Shown: piece after piece, positions 12,210-25,187 of the stretch
How positions within the stretch are numbered: position 1 is the first letter of the stretch
Layout of the letters: each line of letters starts with the position of its first letter
Source: Octopus vulgaris
Lineage: Eukaryota
Length of the DNA stretch: 64,000 nucleotides
Assembly: GCA_951406725.2 (NCBI GenBank)
Contig: OX597817.1
Coordinates: 161,572,001-161,636,000, forward strand
Direction: 5' to 3'
Position numbers and translations under genes: made by a program
Notes under the pieces: model-generated
Seen by the model: only the letters and a program-made list of their open reading frames with translations
What the model was told of the DNA's origin: nothing
Database searches by the model: none

Positions 12210-13484
12210 TATTGGGTCATCCCATAAATAATGCAGTTTTTCAATTGCATGAACTCAAAGTTGTAGGGGGACAGGATAAACTAAATGCATCAACTTGCTA
12301 TGAAACCAGGTAGTAATTTGACCTTGTGCTTATTCTTAGTGCAAGTTTTGAAGAGTTAGCAGTTATTTTTATCAAAGCTATAATGGAAGTAACAAAGGAG
12401 CATATTCAGTATATTTTGCTTTATGAGTTCAATAAAGGCAACAACACAACGGAAAGTGCGGGGAACATTATGCAGTATATGGGGACTGGACAATAAGTGT
12501 AAGCCAGTGTCAACAGTGGTTCCAGAAATTCTGAGCTGGAAACTACAGCCTAGCGGATGAGCCTCATCCTGGAAGATCTGTAGAGCTTGACAAGGATATC
12601 CTGAAAATCCTGGTGGAACAAAATCCCATCATAACTATTGAGGAACTAGTAGAGAAGCTTGGATTTGGTCATTCAACCACTCGTCAACACCTGCGTGCCA
12701 TCAGAAGAGTCAGCAAATTGGGTCAATGGGTTCCTCACAAACTTTCTGAGTCTAATCGTGTGCAGAGAGTGAATGTGTGCTCTTATTTGCTGTCACGTCT
12801 CACGAATGAACCTTTATGGACTGAATAGTGACTGGTGATGAGGAATGGGTTCTCTATAAAAATGTCAAGCACCAAAGACAGTGGGTAGGGAAAGGAGAAA
12901 CATCAGCACCGCAGGCTAAAGAAGGTCTTCACCCATGTAAGGTGTTTTTATCTGTTTGGTGGGACATGAAAGGTTTTGTCCGCTTGGAACTTTTAAGCCC
13001 AAACCTAACAATAACAAAGATCTACTGTGAGCAGCTTGAGCAGCATAAGTCAGTGCTAGAAGAAAAACAACCATCTTTGGTTTCAAGACAAAAGGTGTTC
13101 TTCCATCAGGATAATGCTCAGCCACAAACAGCGAGGATGACATTCCAAAAGCTGAAGCGGTTTGAATGGGAAACAATGCCCCACCCACCATATTCGCCAG
13201 ACATTGCCCTATCTCATTATCATTTATTCGGCAGTCTTCAAAATCATTTGGACAGAAAAAATAGGAATTCTGTAGACAAGGTCAGAACAATACTGGAGGA
13301 GTATTTTTCATCACAGACAAGTGGATTTTGGAAGAGGGGCCTTTCAAGTCTACCAGATAGATGGAAGAGCATTGTAGAAAATGAAGGAGAGTATATTTTA
13401 GATTAAAAAGGAACTTTGTTTATCTTAATTTTAAAAAATAAAGGAAGTATGAAAAAACTGCATTATTCATGGGATGACCCTATA
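12210..13484 (+). mobile_element. Full-length mariner transposon
   Basis: TIRs TATTGGGTCATCCCATAAATAATGCAGTTTTT / AAAAAACTGCATTATTCATGGGATGACCC; TA flanks. Confidence 0.92.
12383..13406 (+). pseudogene. Mariner transposase pseudogene
   Basis: WVPHKL, TGDEEW, HQDNA and YSPDIALSHYHLF motifs (third catalytic D replaced by H); frameshift at ~12820. Confidence 0.9.
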
Positions 13485-13510
13485 TATTTATAGCATGATA
13501 TCAACTAGAC

Positions 13511-13793
13511 CAGTGGTTCCCAAAGTGGGTGGTGCCGTCCCCCTGGGGAGTAATGGAAAGATCCAGGGGTGCGTTGATGAAAAATGGGGTGACCAAAATG
13601 AAGTAATGGATATAAAAAAAAACAAATAAACTAAAGGGTTAATTAGATTAAGTTTCATTTGTAAAATACTATTGTTTTAAATTTACTGCAGAAAATGATT
13701 TATGTCTGTAAAGGTGAGTTGGAGTGGGGGGGACCCTAAGAATGTGGCCTTAGAACCATGGGGGCAACAGCCCAAAAAATTTGGGAACCACCG
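13511..13793. mobile_element. hAT (Charlie-like) MITE
   Basis: TIRs CAGTGGTTCCCAAA / TTTGGGAACCACCG; perfect 8-bp TSD AACTAGAC. Confidence 0.9.
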
Positions 13794-14019
13794 AACTAGA
13801 CAATCAGATGTCATTATACATTGCTGATCACAATGCGCTTTCCATTGTTTTAGCTTTCAAATGATGCCACCCCACTGGCTACTCAGAAGGGTACTCCATT
13901 TCAGGGTTACACATTTACAGCTGAGTGGACTGGAGCAATGTGAAATGAAGTATTTCGCTCAAGAACAACAACACCACCCAGTCTAGGAATAGTGTATGTA
14001 TGTATATATCTTTATATAT

Positions 14020-14055
<36 letters not shown>

Positions 14056-14454
14056 TGCAGGAGTGGCTGTGTGGTGAGTAGCGTGCTTACCACACACATG
14101 GTTCTGGATTCATTCCCACTGCGTGGCACCTTGGGCAAGTGTTTTCTACTATAGCCTTGTGAGTGGATTTGGTAGACGGAAACTGAAAGAAGCCCATCGT
14201 ATATATATATATGTATGTGTGTGTATATGTTTGTGTGTCTGTTTGTCCCCACCGCCCCAAACTTCACTTGCTGGTGTGTTTACGTCCCCGTAACTTAGTG
14301 GTTTGGCAAAAGAGACCAATAGAATAAGTACGAGGCTTACAAAGAATAAGTCCTGGGTTTGATTTGCTCGACTAAAGGCGGTGCTCCAGCATGGCCACAG
14401 TCAAATAACTGAAACAAGTAAAAGAGTATATATATATATATATATTATTTTATG

Positions 14455-14675
14455 TTTCCGTCAGAGAGAAAGGCAGACTGTATGATACCTGTGTATGTAC
14501 AAACATGAACTATGACCAGAGACAGCATGCGAAGGCTTGAAAGAAATGAAGCTACCATGTGCCACTGGATGTATAATGTCAGTGTGACATACAACAGAGT
14601 GTAAGTGATTTGAGAGAAAAATTGGATATATGAGGCATCAGATGTATGCAAGAGAGAAGACTGTGTTGATATGTT
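14455..14675 (+). mobile_element. Old degraded RTE LINE ORF fragment
   Basis: Similar to the KGRLYDACV...[10 protein letters not shown] region of the 45755-46753 copy. Confidence 0.65.
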
Positions 14676-15955
14676 CAAATTCCGCCAAGGTTGACTTCTC
14701 CTTTCGTCTTTCTAGAGTCAATAAAATAAGTACCAGTTGAACACTTGGGTCAGTCTAATCGACTTACCCCCCTCCCCCTGAAATTGCTGGCTTTGTGCTG
14801 GCTCTGTGGCAACAGAGGAAGGGTGGAGAGGAAGGGAGATTGATAAAAAAAATAATGAGATGGTGTGCAAGTTGGAGAAAGGGGAGCAAAATGAGAAAGA
14901 CATATACAGTGACAAAGATGGAAGTCAGAGGTATATAAGGTAGCTATATATACTTACATACATATATATATATATGCATATATATATATATATATGCATA
15001 TATATGAATATATATTACATATATTGTGCAAGCTTGGCAGTGTGGTAAAAAGCTTGTTTCCCAACCACATGGTTCTGGGTTCAGTCCCATTGTATGGTAT
15101 CTTGGGCAAGCGTCTTCTACTATAGGCTCAAGCCAACCAAAACCTTGTGAGTGGATTTGGTAGACGGAAACTGAAAGAAGCCAGTCACTTGACAACTGTT
15201 GTTGGTAAGTCAGCATCCTTGTAACTTAGTGGTTCAGCAATAGAGACTGATAGAATAAGTACCAGGCTTAAAAATAAATACTGGGGTCAATTTGTTTAAC
15301 TGAAATTCTTCAAAGCAGTGCTCCAGCATGGCTCTGCTCTAATAACTGAAACAAGTGGAAAATAAAAGATAAAAGATACACACATACACACACATACATG
15401 CATGCATTCACGCACACACTCACACATATACTCACTAACACACACACACACTCATTTATATGCATATATATTTATATATTCATAAAGTCATCATCATCAT
15501 CGTTTTAACATCTCTTTTCCATGCTTGCATGGGTCAGAAGGAACTTATTAAGGAACATTTTCTGTAATTACATTTCCTTCTTGCTGCTAACCTTTACTTG
15601 TTTTCAAGCAAGGTAGAGCAGACATGTTTTCACAAAAGACTAGAGACAAAGGACACGCTTGTATGTTGGTGACACTCATTTACGCCTATCACATGATATC
15701 AAGACAATAAGATACAAACACACATAGCCACAATTATATAGCTGTATGTTTTTCTTCTAGCAACTGTAATCAAGATGTACTTCACCAGATCACACCAGGA
15801 ATCATTGTTCGTATTTTACTTTTGCAAGTCCAAAACTTCACAATGTGCATTTCTGCCCTTATTGTGAATGTAGTTAATTGATTTAGTGGCTCAACAAAAT
15901 GAAAGGGATAGAACAAGTGGCAGGCTTAAGAATGAGTAATGGGATCAATCTAATT

Positions 15956-17715
15956 CAGGGGTGGGGAAAACTTTTTAGTGGCAGGCAAAAATTTCCAAAG
16001 GAAAAGGTCTGCAGGTGGATCACAAGTGTTAACAATTATGTCTGTGTAAGTCTTGTATATATCTATGTATAATTTGATATATTGGGTTGGCACCATTTTT
16101 TAAAATTTAAATTTTTTTTAAAGGGTTAATAGAAAATAACAACTAAATAATCAATAATGTATTCACCCTTGTTGTTTACAACTGCTTCACAACGTTCAAC
16201 AAGAGTTTCAATACCTCGTTGGTAGAAATCACCCAATTTCCGCTCAAAAAATTGATCCAACCAAGCTCTCAATTCTGCATCAGTATTGAATGAAACTCCG
16301 TGCATAGCGTTTGAATGAGATCGAAAGAGGTGGAAATCCGTTGGTGCCAAATCAGGAGAGTACGGCGGGTGTGGCAGCACTTCCAAACCATGCGTTTGAA
16401 TGGCTTCCTTGGTCATACTGGCGATATGAAGGCGGGTGTTGTCGTGCAGCAGAAGAACTCCATGCTGACGATTAGGTCTTTTGTCTTGAATAGCCCTGAT
16501 GAGTCGTTCCATCTGTTGAACATAGAGTTCTGCATTGACTCTTTGGTTCCGTTCAAGCAATTCATCATGGATAATCCCTTCCCAGTCCCTCTATATGCAC
16601 AACATCGTTTTACGCGGATGAAGATCTTGTTTTACGTGCAGTCGCTCGTTTACTGGGGCTAAGCCATTCCTTACACTGCTTCATATTGATGTACAGGCAC
16701 CATTTTTCGCCGGTAATGAGTTGAGTGGTGACGATCAAGAAACCAGCAGAGATTGCGGCTCGTTGATTTTTGTTGTTGTCACTTAAAGCATGTGGAACCC
16801 ATGCTCCATACTTTTGAATTTTTCTCATCGAGTGAAGATGCTTCTCTATAGCAGTGTGGGAGCATTCCATTTTCTATGCCAGTTCCCTTGTTGTTTGACA
16901 AGAATTTTCATGCAAAAGATGGTTTAATCGCTCTTCATCGAACTCAACTAGATGGCCAGAACGAGGTGTGTTTTTGAGGTCAAAATTTCCATCTTTGAAC
17001 TTAGCATACCAATCACGAGCGGTTCTTTCAGCTATGGCATCCTCTCCATACACAGCACAAATGTTGTGAGCAGCTTTTGCTGCCTTAGAACCTTGATTAA
17101 AAGCAAAAAGAAGGAGGTGTCGAAAATGCTTGTTTTTCTTAACTTTAGTGATCTGAAAATAAACAAAAATTAACTAAAATTAACTAGAAAAGATCAAAAA
17201 TAGATTCCAAAATTATTCAAAAATAGAATTCTCGAAAAAAATAGATTCCAAATTTAAAAATGCAATAAATTCCAAAATTAAAAGAAACAGCAGGAACATA
17301 GTTGCCAACCCAATACATTAATAAATGTAAATTTAACACATTAAATTAACACATAAAATCATTGACGCTGCCACTGAATTTAGGACATTTATAATGCTTA
17401 TGATTGATACAATATTTTTCAGCTAGAGTGTAGTTGGATCTCAAGGGGGTGGTACAAATGTAGCAATATGTGTTTTATAGTAACAAAATTTCCAGCCAAA
17501 TGACAATTGCCAGACAATTTCTGTTCAAGTCTAACCATTTTAAGTTATAGTGGAAACACGACCTATGTCACAAATAGGCATGCAAGCCTTGTATACATTT
17601 TATAATTGAAAAATGAATTATATAGTGTACATACGAGTATACCAGCCTGTGGGGGTGCAATAAAATGGGCTTGCAGGTGCCATTGTGCCTGTGGGTAGGG
17701 GTTTCCTCACCCCTA
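15956..17715. mobile_element. Non-autonomous hAT element carrying a nested mariner
   Basis: Termini CAGGGGTGGGGAAA / TTTCCTCACCCCT; 8-bp TSD ATCTAATT. Confidence 0.8.
16080..17315 (-). mobile_element. Full-length mariner with frameshifted transposase (~16126-17150)
   Basis: TIRs TATTGGGTTGGCA / TGCCAACCCAATA; WVPHAL, LHDNTR and YSPDLAPTDFHLF motifs in several frames. Confidence 0.92.
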
Positions 17716-18461
17716 ATCTAATTGGACAAACCCTTCAAGGCAATGCTCAAGCATGGCCAAAATCCAGTGAAGTAACTGAAAGAAGAAAAAGAATGATAGA
17801 AAGAAATATCATCATCATCATCATCATTTAGCGTCCGCTTTCCATGCTAGCATGGGTTGGACGGTTCAACTGGGGTCTGTGAAGCTGGAAGGCTTCATCA
17901 GGCCCAGTCAGATCTGGCAGTGTTTCTACGGCTGGATGCCCTTCCTAACGCCAACCACTCCGTGAGTGTAGTGGGTGCTTTTTACGTGCCACCCGCACAG
18001 GTGCCAGACAGAGCTGGCAAACGGCCACGAATGGATGGTGCTTTTACGTGTCACCGGCACGGGGCCAGGCGATGCTGGCAACGGACACGAACGGATGGTG
18101 CTTTTACGTGCCACCAACACGGGGGCCAGACAGAGCTGGCAAACGGCCACGAACGAATATTTATATATATATTTATGCATGTAAATATATGTGTGTGTGC
18201 ATATATTTATGTATATGGTTAAGTGATATAATTATGTTGCAGTTGTGGCAGATACTGGTGTCACGCAAGTGGCAGCCATGTCGGTGGCATATAAAAGCAC
18301 CCATTACACTCTCGGAGTGGTTGGCATTACAAAAGGTATCCAGTCGTAGAAAACCATGCCAAATCAGACTGGAGCTTGGCATAGCCTTCCAGTGTGCCAG
18401 GCCAGACAAACCATCCAGCCCATGCCAGCATGGATAACAGACATTAAAGGCTGATGTTGAT

Positions 18462-18514
<53 letters not shown>

Positions 18515-19159
18515 ATACATATATACATACATATATATAAATACACACACACACACATACATACATACATACATATATATATGAAAAAGGCATAAATAAT
18601 AGCCTTTACATATTTACAATATTTGTGCATCACAGACTTACGGCTGTTTCCGATATACATTAATAGGTGCATTCATGGTTCCATATACTCAATCAGTCAA
18701 TTGACCAATTGCAAAAATTGAATGACCTTAATAAATATATCGTCTTCAGAGTCTATGCGCTGAGTGGAACCATGGATTTACGAAGTTGACCAGTGATGAA
18801 CTGCAAATTTGGAGCTTCTCTTTGGATTACCTGCAACACTATACTACTCCAAAAAAGCTTTGGTTAACCTGGTGTATTTGTATTAACAGAGAGCTTGAGA
18901 AGTATTTTGCTTGGATTGATAATCTCTTATTGATAAATATTTATATATATATTATGAGATCATAAATCAAACGTTGTTTGATTCATCATGTTCAATGTAT
19001 TATCTTAGCTGTTTGACAACTTACCTGTTTAAAATTTTACCTGAAAGTGGTGGATGATATGTTATGTTGTAATCCATGAATACATCAGCAAAATTCTACT
19101 GAAACAGCTGTGCTAAATTTTAAACCCCATTTGGGTTCTCATTTATGCATATATATATT

Positions 19160-19470
19160 GGTGACCCCCTTTGGTTATGAATGACCATGGGATTGCACCT
19201 AGAAAGTTACCCTCCAAGGCAAAAGTCTGGGCAAGGTTGTTTATGGAAGTCCAACAGTCGCCCATGCATACCGGCCTCCCTTCTCCATGCCACTGATGTT
19301 ATCCAGGGGAAAGGCAAAGGGGCCAATGCAGCTTGGCACTAGTGATGTCCCAACTCATTTCTACAGCTGAGTGAACTGGAGCAATGTGAAATTAAGTGCC
19401 TTGCTCAAGAACACAACACGCAATCCGGTCCAGGATTTGAACTCACAACCTCATGGTCATAAGTTCAACA
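19160..19470 (-). mobile_element. tRNA-SINE with Nin/Deu-like central domain
   Basis: CCATAAACAACCTTGCCC...TTTCTAGGTGCAATCCCATGG core; copies at ~22380-22520, 38430-38765 and 40305-40612; the domain name is from memory of SINE superfamilies. Confidence 0.6.
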
Positions 19471-19594
19471 CACACACACACATAATAAGCATTTATACAT
19501 ACATTCATACATTCACTTCTTGAGCAAGACACCTGCTCCTCTCCCTCAATCCTAGCTCCTTATCCTTCCATATATATGTGTGTGTGTATGTATG

Positions 19595-20018
19595 TGTCTG
19601 GCAACAGGACTCTGCACCATGCCACGCAAGCAGGAGAACCTAGTCATGGCTGTCAGACAATTTCTGCAACCACATCACCGCTAACATCTGGTCACCTAAT
19701 TCCCCACAATGCAACCCACTTGATTATTATGTGTGAAGTGCAGTTTGAGTGAGAGACCAACAAAACTCCTTGAACTGAAGGTAAGGATTATAGCAGCATT
19801 CACCAACTTAAACAAGGAGACCATCCAGAAGAGTTACAAGCAATTCCAAAGTCGTCTGGAGGCCATAGTTGAAGCCAATGACAATTTTATTGAATAAATT
19901 TACTATTTAGTATTTCAAGGTACTTTTATGTAATTTTGGTAAATATCTGTTAAAATGCAATGTCAGTGTTATTTTCATTTTTGAGTAATTTAGAATACAA
20001 TTTATTCACTGCACCCTG
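19595..20018 (+). mobile_element. 3' half of a Tc1/mariner-superfamily transposon
   Basis: WQQDSAPCH...WSPNSPQCNPLDYYV transposase remnant; ends ...CACCCTG-TA. Confidence 0.8.
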
Positions 20019-20029
20019 TATATATATAT

Positions 20030-21262
20030 ATCATCATCATCATCATCATCATCATCACCATTTAACGTCCGCTTTCCATGCTAGCATGGGTTGGACGGTT
20101 CAACTGGGGTCTGGCAAGCCCGAAGGCTGCACCAGGCCAGTCAGATCTGGCAGTGTTTCTACAGCTGGATGCCCTTCCTAATGCCAACCACTCCGAGAGT
20201 GTAGTGGGTGATTTTATGTGCCACCGACACAGGTGCCAGACGAGGCTGGCAGACGGCCACGCTCGGATGGTGTTTTCGGTGTTTTCTTATGTGCCACCGA
20301 CACAGGTGCCAGACGAGGCTGGCGAACGGCCATGCTCGGATGGTGTTCTTTATGTGCCACCGACACAAGTGCCAGACGAGGCTGGCAGACGGCCACGCTC
20401 GGATGGTGTTTTCGGTGTTTTCTTATGTGCCACCGACACAGGTGCCAGACGAGGCTGGCGAACGGCCACGATCGGATGGTGTTTGTTACGTGCCCACAGC
20501 ACAGAGGCCAGTCGATGCGGTACTGGCTACGGTCCCGTTCGGATGGTTTTCTTATGTGCCACCGGCACTGGTACCACAAGGATACAAATTCCATTGATGT
20601 TCATCTATTTTGATTTGGTTTGATTTGATTTGATTTGATTTGACTTTCACTTGCCTCAACAGGTCTTCACAAGTGTCACAAGCAGGAAGGTATGCACAGG
20701 TGGACTGACTACGTCCCAGGTAGGGGCCATGGGTTATGGCTTCACTAGTCTTGCCGGGTCTTCTCATGCACAGCATACTTCCATAGGTCTCGGTCTCTAG
20801 TCATTTCCATGGTGAGACCTAACGTTCGAAGGTCGTGCTTCACCACCTCGTCCCAGGTTTTCCTGGGTCTACCTCTTCCACGGGTTCCCTCAACTGCTAG
20901 GGATTGGCACTTTCTCACACACCTATCTTCATCCATTCTCGCCACATGACCATACCAGCGCAATCGTCTCTCTTGCACACCACAACTGATGCTTCTTAGG
21001 TACAACATTTCTCTCAAGGAACTAACGCTCTGTCGAGTAAGTACACTGACATTACACATCCATCGGAGCATACTGGCTTCATTCCTCATGAGCTTACGCA
21101 TGTCCTCAGCAGTCACGGCCCATGTTTCACTGCCATGTAGCATGGCAGTTCGTACACATGCATCATACAGTCTGCCTTTTACTCTGAGCGAGAGGCCTTT
21201 AGTCACCAGCAGAGGTAAGAGCTCCCTAAACTTTGCCCAGGCTATTCTTATTCTAGCAGTTA

Positions 21263-21265
<3 letters not shown>
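20030..21265 (-). mobile_element. 5'-truncated RTE LINE: ORF C-terminus (20745-21265) plus long 3' UTR with ~60-70 bp tandem repeats and (ATG)n tail
   Basis: [20 protein letters not shown]...LHGSETW...[12 protein letters not shown]...RGRPRKTW is typical RTE; the 5' end abuts (TA)n. Confidence 0.9.
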
Positions 21266-21315
<50 letters not shown>

Positions 21316-21344
21316 CATACATACATACATATATACATACATAC

Positions 21345-21418
<74 letters not shown>

Positions 21419-21821
21419 AGATAGGGGTTGTAAATTCAACCCTCCATGGGATAACATATATCCAAAACAGAGGAATTTAACTGATTGCATATATATGCAG
21501 ATATCCACTTGCCTTGGATGGTACTATGGTGGTGGTATTAACTTTATTGGCTTTTTGTGAAGTGACACATTTTAATTTATTGAACTGTTTAATATATATG
21601 CCTGCATTGAGTGTGAGTGTGTCTGTTGTGGTTTCTTGATGTTGCTTGAGGAGCTGTGGAGTTCAATATGGAACATTATTGTGTTTGTTGATGTATATTG
21701 ATCTATATTGTTTATATTGTATTATTGTGTATATATATATATGTAAGAATATGAGTATGTATGCACTCATATTTATATTTATATGTAAATTATTTAGGAT
21801 TTGTACTCATACTTGCATTAG

Positions 21822-21936
21822 AATCTCTGAAGAGGCCGTAAGATATTCTTGTTAATGTCTCATTTATACCTGCATTATATGGCTAATAGGTTAAATGAGA
21901 CATACCTGTCTTCATGGCCGAAACAGCTGTCAGTTA
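21822..21936 (+). ncRNA. Type I hammerhead ribozyme motif with long stem II
   Basis: CTGAAGA (21827-33), stem II GGCCG/TGGCC with inner hairpin ATGTCTCATTTA/TAAATGAGACAT, then GAAAC AGCT GTC; stem I imperfect. Confidence 0.7.
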
Positions 21937-23694
21937 CAATGTAAATGTATTTTTATGTCTTGTTATATTTATTTAGTTATATTTCACCATATTGATTGTA
22001 TTATTGTACTGTATTAATGTATAATATCATTGCTATTGTGTAGTGTTTTAATAAATTATATGATTCGGTATTATCTGATAGTTGATGATTGATTTAGATA
22101 TATTTCTCCATTTTCTCATTTTGTATATATATAAAATAGAAATATTAAATTTCTAAATATATCAGAGATATATAAGCAGTGGTGGTACAATAGAGCAGTT
22201 GTATATGCCAATCCCATAAAGGGAATCACACCACTGCTATTTAGCCCTAGGAAGCATCAACGCTTCCTGTCGGCCTTGACACATTTCCTGTGTCCTTATG
22301 GTTACAAGGGGGAGACAAGCACCCCCATCCAGCTAAGCCTGCATCCAGAAACTAGTTTCTGAGTCTTGCTCATCATCAGTCTGGAGTAGTATGCAGAGGG
22401 GAGGCTGATATGCAGGGGCAACTTCTGGTCTTCCATAAACAACTTTGCCCGGACTTGTGCTTTGGAGGGGAACCTTCTAGGTGCAATCCTGCGCTTATTC
22501 TTGACCAAAGGGAGTTTTTACCTTTGTTCTTAATCATTTATACATATATGTGTGTGTATGTGTGTGCGTGCGTGTGTGTATGTGTGAGAGCATTATTAAT
22601 ATTTTAAATCTACTTTCCCAGAGCAACAAGCTGGCCTCTGGGCTGATGACACGTAAAAAGCACCATTCGAGCGTGATCGTTACCTGCGTCGCCTTACTGG
22701 CACTTGTGCCGGTGGCACATGAAAAAACATTCGAGTGAGGTTGTTGCCAGTGATGCTGGACTGGCTCCTGTGCAGGGGGCACATAAAAAGTACCATTTGA
22801 GTGTGGCCGTTGCCAGTACCGCCTGACTGGCCCTCGTGCTGGTGGCACATAAAAGCACCCACTTCACTGTCGTTAGGAAGGGCATCCAGTTGTAGAAACT
22901 CTGCCAGATCAGATTGGAGTTTGGTGCAGCCATATGGTCCACCAGACCTCAGTCAAATCGTCCAACCCATGCTAGCATGGAAAGCGAACATTAAATGATG
23001 ATAATGATGTTGATGATTTCCATGCTGTCATAGACTGGACAATTTGACAGATTCAATAAAATGGCAGATGTCGTGTTCCAATGTTTCAGTTTTGGCATGG
23101 TTTCTACAGCTGGATGTCCTTTCTAGCACTAAACACTTTACAGTGTGTACTGGGTGCAATTTCATGGCACCAGCACTAAAGAGTTTTTCTTGCCCTCAGC
23201 AGGACTAAAGAATCTTTGCGAGCCTGCATTATTTCTGCTTGGTCCAATACTCACTTTACGGTGTTAGTTATTCTTTTACTTGTTTCAGTCATTTGACTGT
23301 GGTCATGCTGGAGCACCACCTTAAATGTTTTTTTTAGTCAAAGAAATCAACCCAAGGATGTATTCTTTGTAAGTACTGATTCAATCAGTCATTTTTGATA
23401 AACTGCCAAGTTATGGGATGTAAACACACCAACACCAGTTGTCAAGTGGCAATGGGGGGACATAGACACATACACATAAATATATACATATATGATGGGT
23501 TTCTTTCAGTTTCCATCAACTAAATCCACTCACAAGGCCTTGGTTGGCTTGAGGCTATGGTAGAAAACACTTGCTCAAGTTGTCACATGGTGGGACTGAA
23601 CTCTGAACCATGTAGTTGGGAAGTAACTTTCTTACCACACAGTCAGGGCATTTTCTCCTTTTTTGTGGTAGCACCATGAGTGAGGCTGTACCAA

Positions 23695-23890
23695 AAGGTC
23701 CAGTCCTTAATGCAGTATGGTGGTTTGTGTGCCTCAGTGACCCTGAGATCAAAGCCAGTGGAGCGCAAGCTCCTTGTAGGACCTTCCATGCTGGATAGGT
23801 CAAAAGACAGAGGTTAAATTAATAAGGACCTTCTCTTTCCGGAGGTAAAAATGGGTATGTATAGGGCCAACAACCCTACCAAGAAAAACC
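23695..23890 (+). mobile_element. RTE-type 5' UTR fragment
   Basis: GGTTTGTGTGCCTCAGTGACCCTGAG...GTAGGACCTTCCATGCTGGATAGGTC resembles RTE (BovB/Expander-like) leaders; related inverted copy at ~38040-38210. Confidence 0.5.
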
Positions 23891-24410
23891 AGTTACAGAA
23901 GCACCAATGAATATTCAAAACTAACAAGACCTGAGAGGGGAAGACCTTCTCTTGGGGAAACATGAGAATGTCTCCCATACTGTAGCTAAGATATGAAAAC
24001 TGAAGAAAAGTCGCCGAAGGAGCAAAGGACTTGGGTAACACCAATAAGGTAACTTACTGGGTAACTCAAAACTAAAGCAGCCATACGGTTGAGAGAAAGA
24101 GTAGGAGAGAGAGAGGTGACTTTAGACAAGGTATTTTGAAACCTGAAAGTAATGGGAAAAATAGGTTTATTGTTGTGATAGGGTGTTTGGGAAGAAGCTA
24201 ACGAAGACAATGTTACAGAAGGGAGTAACTATAGTGATTAAAAAAAGAGAAAGTGCCATGGGTTAGCGAGAGGGAGATTTGGAGAGAATGATAAAGAAGT
24301 ATATATTCCAAAGTGGCCTTGCTGTGAGCTCGAACCCATAATCACGTGGTTGCTAAGCAATCCTGTCTGCACCACACAACCGTGCTTGCGACACCTACCC
24401 TCCTCTCTCT

Positions 24411-24457
<47 letters not shown>

Positions 24458-24743
24458 CATATATATGTATGTATGTATGTATGTGTGTGTGTGTGTATTC
24501 ACACGCATACATGTATAATATATATAAAACGTAGTCGTTCAGTAAGACGTGTACTTATTAATAATATACGAAAACCTTAATTCTTCTACTGCAGTACACA
24601 CACACACGCACAAACACATATGCATGTCTTTGCGTGTGTGTGTGTGTGTATATACGCATGTATGTGTACGCGTGTTTGCATATCACCACGATCACACAAG
24701 ACTTCTCAGTGATTAGGCTATCTGAGAAGTAATCTTCCGCACT

Positions 24744-24793
24744 CTAGGCAACAACAACAACAAAAACCAGTAACTAGGCAACTGGTGACGTCA
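24744..24793. promoter_or_regulatory. RFX X-box plus CRE cluster
   Basis: CTAGGCAAC half-site (24744-52), GTAACTAGGCAAC (24770-82), TGACGTCA (24786-93) in unique sequence. Confidence 0.45.
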
Positions 24794-25133
24794 AGTGAAA
24801 TTCCGCAATTATCCTTCCACTAGAAAAAAATAGTGCCTACTACTGTGACAATTGATACTTGAGGCCCACGAGATGGCTGTGATGGCTAGAGCTATGCTGA
24901 GATGGAAGAGCACCCACAGATCTCTACGCTTACCTTAAGTCTCGTTACTTAAGTAATGCGGTGGCGCATGTGCTAGTATGGTCTTATTCCCCTTGTATTT
25001 GGTTAAGCAGTTTAATTGCTGGGTTTCCCCCGTTTTTAAACTTTGTTGATAAATAATATATATATATGTGTGCGTGTATAGAAGTATATATATATATATA
25101 TATAAATTTATGAATTTGTAGAAATACAGCATT

Positions 25134-25187
<54 letters not shown>

